From assembly GCA_046758365.1 (NCBI GenBank), contig JBHIAC010000040.1:1-22125 (forward strand): DNA of 22,125 bases. The letters run 5' to 3'. Positions 19,906 through 22,125 of the stretch are shown here, piece by piece (positions within the stretch are counted from its first letter, which is position 1; each line of letters begins with the position of its first letter). Below the pieces are notes generated by a model. It saw nothing but the letters and a program-made list of their open reading frames with translations, had not been told where the DNA came from and did no database searches. The translations under genes were made by a program, and so were the position numbers. The stretch comes from a bacterium. Its GTDB lineage: Bacteria > Zhuqueibacterota > Zhuqueibacteria > Oceanimicrobiales > Oceanimicrobiaceae.

Positions 19906-20178
19906 GTGATTTCAAATTCAAGTTGCCTAATTGCACTAGATAATATCCAGATGTTAGGTATCTTGAGAGATCTGTACAAAAAAATTTATATCACTGAGGA
20001 AGTCTCACGGGAGTTTGGTAAAAGTGTGGAAAAATGGATCGAGATAAAGCAGGTCAAAGATAAAAAATACATGCGAATATTAGATAATTTGATTGATTTG
20101 GGAGTAGCAAGCACAATTTCTCTTTCGCTTGAAATCGAGGATAAAATATTAAGATTGGCGAATGAGAAATTAAAATGA
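19906..20178 (+). pseudogene. DUF3368 (PIN-like) protein with apparent internal in-frame deletion
   Basis: VISNSSCLIAL...LRDLYKKIYITEEVSREF...WIEI...IDLGVASTISLSLE matches the family N-half, then jumps to a C-terminal-like KILRLANE; the usual GE motif reads GV; only 90 aa. Confidence 0.65.
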
Positions 20179-20232
20179 ATTTAGTCTTCCTTCGAATGAC
20201 AGACGCACGGCGTTCCAAAAGCTGGATGAGTT

Positions 20233-20439
20233 CAAATTGATAAAGCCGTGAAATTGGGTTTTAACCCTTCTATTGGATTTTTTGAAATGGTAGATTTAGT
20301 AGGCGTAGACATGCGGCTGAGCATTTTAAAATTTTTCCGTCAATCTTTAGGAGAAAAATATAGACCCTATTGCCTAATGGAGCAGTATGTTAAAGCAGCC
20401 TGATTAGGACGAAAAACGGGTAAAGGCGTATACGATTAG
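20233..20439 (+). pseudogene. 3-hydroxyacyl-CoA (3-hydroxybutyryl-CoA) dehydrogenase C-terminal fragment
   Basis: QIDKAVKLGFNPSIGFFEMVDLVGVDMRLSILKFFRQSLGEKYRPYCLMEQYVKAA*LGRKTGKGVYD*; internal TGA 20401-20403; no NAD-binding domain. Confidence 0.85.
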
Positions 20440-20464
20440 CTGATGCCTGAAGTGAGTATTGCAA

Positions 20465-20502
20465 GCCCCAAAGCTTTTCTAACTTGGGGCATTTTTGTTT
20501 TT
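20465..20502 (+). terminator. Terminator-like hairpin after the dehydrogenase relic
   Basis: GCCCCAA...TTGGGGC followed by ATTTTTGTTTTT. Confidence 0.55.
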
Positions 20503-20639
20503 GAAGTTTTCACTTGATAAATTTATAAAAATTTTACATATTATATAAAACTCCAGCTTGAACAATGAAAGATTGGTTTTGGTCATGACGACGGTTGCAA
20601 AAAATAAGTTCAAGCATTCTTACCTGATAAAAAATTACA

Positions 20640-21278
20640 ATGACTAAAAAATCAAGCTCAAAAAAAAATACATATCCAAAAGATGAAATAAATGAAATCC
20701 GGCTGCAGGGGCGAGGGGGTCAAGGAATAGTCACAGCCGGCGAACTTCTGGGAAAAGCCGCTATTTTAGAAGGGAAATTCGCTCAGTCCATCCCAACGTT
20801 CGGGCCCGAAAGAAGAGGCGCCCTTTCCTCATGCTCGCTGAGAATCAGCAACCGAGCGATCCTGCTGAAATGTAGTTCCACCACTGCAGATGTACTCTGT
20901 CTCCTCGACCCAACCATCTGGCATTTTGTGAACATTACGATAGGGTTTGTTGAGAACGGTCGGCTGATTTTTAATACTACCAAATCGCCGGAGGAGGTTA
21001 ATGAAGAACTGCGCTCAGGTAAATATGGATATAGTTTGACCACACAGAATTACTCTCTGTTTACCGTGGACGCTACCGGGATTGCTCTCGAAATCATGGG
21101 AAAAGCCATCACCAACACCGCGATGATGGGTGCCTTTGCCAGGGCAACGGGGCTGGTTCAGATGAAATCAGTGGCCTCTGTTTTGAAAGAAAAATTCGGA
21201 AACAGGGCAGACATCAACATACAAATAGCTTCAAAGGCCTATGAGAATTTGGAAGGTGGTGTTTTTAGTGAAACATAA
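20640..21278 (+). CDS. 2-oxoacid:ferredoxin oxidoreductase gamma subunit
   Basis: EIRLQGRGGQGIVTAG, FGPERRGA, VDATGIALE, NTAMMGA. Confidence 0.9.
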   Translation: MTKKSSSKKNTYPKDEINEIRLQGRGGQGIVTAGELLGKAAILEGKFAQSIPTFGPERRGALSSCSLRISNRAILLKCSSTTADVLCLLDPTIWHFVNITIGFVENGRLIFNTTKSPEEVNEELRSGKYGYSLTTQNYSLFTVDATGIALEIMGKAITNTAMMGAFARATGLVQMKSVASVLKEKFGNRADINIQIASKAYENLEGGVFSET

Positions 21279-21466
21279 AATAAGCACCAAATTACAAGCA
21301 CGAAATAACAAATAAATTACAATGGCCAAAATTCAAAAATCCAAAATATTTGATTTAGAAGAGAGAAGATATTTTCTTTTATCATTACAAAATCTCAATA
21401 GCTTTGGTCATTAAGTCATTGGAATTTTGAATTTAGTTGTAATTTGTAAATTGGGATTTGGAATTT
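21279..21466 (+). mobile_element. Internally deleted four-helix-bundle (23S IVS protein-like) element with inverted low-complexity arms
   Basis: A/C-rich left arm and T/G-rich right arm pair (CAAATTACAA/TTGTAATTTG, AAATTCAAAA/TTTTGAATTT, AATGGCCAAA/TTTGGTCATT); inside, MAKIQKSKIFDLEER (from 21322) abuts KIFSFIITKSQ* (21366-21401) in another frame. Confidence 0.65.
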
Positions 21467-21540
21467 AAAAACCTGTTTGGTTCTGACTTGTCCGGGTTAA
21501 GAATGTCATATTGATTCATAAAGAAAACAGGAGAAAAACT

Positions 21541-21822
21541 ATGGGCATGGAAAAATACAACTATTACGTACAGCGAGCCAAAAATACGTTGACTTACGAC
21601 CCCGGATGGTCTGAGGACAACAAAACTGGCGCCTGGCGCAGCCTGCGTCCGGTCCTATTTTATGACAAATGCACCAGTTGTGCGCTCTGCTGGCTCTACT
21701 GTCCAGAAGGGTGCATTACGAAAGATTCGTTTGAGATTAACTACACGTACTGCAAAGGGTGCGGCATCTGCGCCGAAGAGTGCCCACCGGAAGCAATCGT
21801 TATGGAAAGGGAGGTAGAATGA
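21541..21822 (+). CDS. porD: 2-oxoacid:ferredoxin oxidoreductase delta subunit (2x[4Fe-4S])
   Basis: NKTGAWRSLRP, CTSCALCWLYCP, YCKGCGICAEECP; RBS AGGAG favours ATG 21541. Confidence 0.9.
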   Translation: MGMEKYNYYVQRAKNTLTYDPGWSEDNKTGAWRSLRPVLFYDKCTSCALCWLYCPEGCITKDSFEINYTYCKGCGICAEECPPEAIVMEREVE

Positions 21823-22125
21823 GAACGGAATTCTGGAGCGGCAATATGGCGGCGGCGCAAGCGGCCAAGCTGGCGAGGATTCAGGTGGTCGCGGCTTACC
21901 CCATTACGCCTCAGACTCACACGGTAGAATATCTTGCTGAGTTTATCGCAAACGGTGAACTCCACGCCGAGTTGGTCAAGGTGGAATCGGAGCATTCCGC
22001 GCTCTCGGTATGTGCCGGGGCTTCATCGGTGGGAGCCCGAGCCTTCACCGCAAGCTGTTCGCAAGGACTGCAGCTTATGAGCGAAGTGCTCTATTTTACT
22101 TCCGGGATGCGCTTCCCGGTGGTGA
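21819..22125 (+). CDS. porA: 2-oxoacid:ferredoxin oxidoreductase alpha subunit (partial, runs off the window; not in the ORF track)
   Basis: ATGA overlap with the delta stop; MRTEFWSGNMAAAQAAKLARIQVVAAYPITPQTHTVE...VESEHSA...GARAFTASCSQGLQLMSE. Confidence 0.92.
   Translation, partial: MRTEFWSGNMAAAQAAKLARIQVVAAYPITPQTHTVEYLAEFIANGELHAELVKVESEHSALSVCAGASSVGARAFTASCSQGLQLMSEVLYFTSGMRFPVV

Noticed and set aside
21279..21466. CRISPR array or simple tandem repeat
   Set aside because: Units are short, degenerate and inverted between the two halves, with no constant repeat-spacer period and no cas genes

Overview
AT-rich bacterial chromosomal window, probably a diderm anaerobe (lineage not determinable from sequence alone). 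The left end holds relics (a DUF4384-type ORF, a broken class III nucleotide cyclase), then an uncharacterised exported protein and comF. Next is a glycolytic cluster pfk-gap-tpiA-secG-tRNA-Leu(GAG) that lacks pgk and whose PFK has the PPi-type signature, followed by a TPR protein, a long-chain acyl-CoA ligase and a STAS + RsbW-like kinase fusion. A protein-quality-control cluster follows: small membrane protein, HtrA-1, dnaJ, HtrA-2, FmdB-type zinc ribbon, dnaK. After dnaK come further relics (DUF3368, 3-hydroxyacyl-CoA dehydrogenase) and a more GC-rich gamma-delta-alpha 2-oxoacid:ferredoxin oxidoreductase operon that runs off the window. Most notable observations: sigma54-type -24/-12 promoters with a shared TATGACA upstream motif before dnaJ and dnaK (no CIRCE, hrcA or grpE here); HtrA-1 has Glu at the catalytic Asp position; a ~103-bp MITE-like element sits in the loop of a terminator; an internally deleted four-helix-bundle element with inverted arms lies inside the oxidoreductase operon. 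All family assignments are from motif recognition by eye; no database searches were run.
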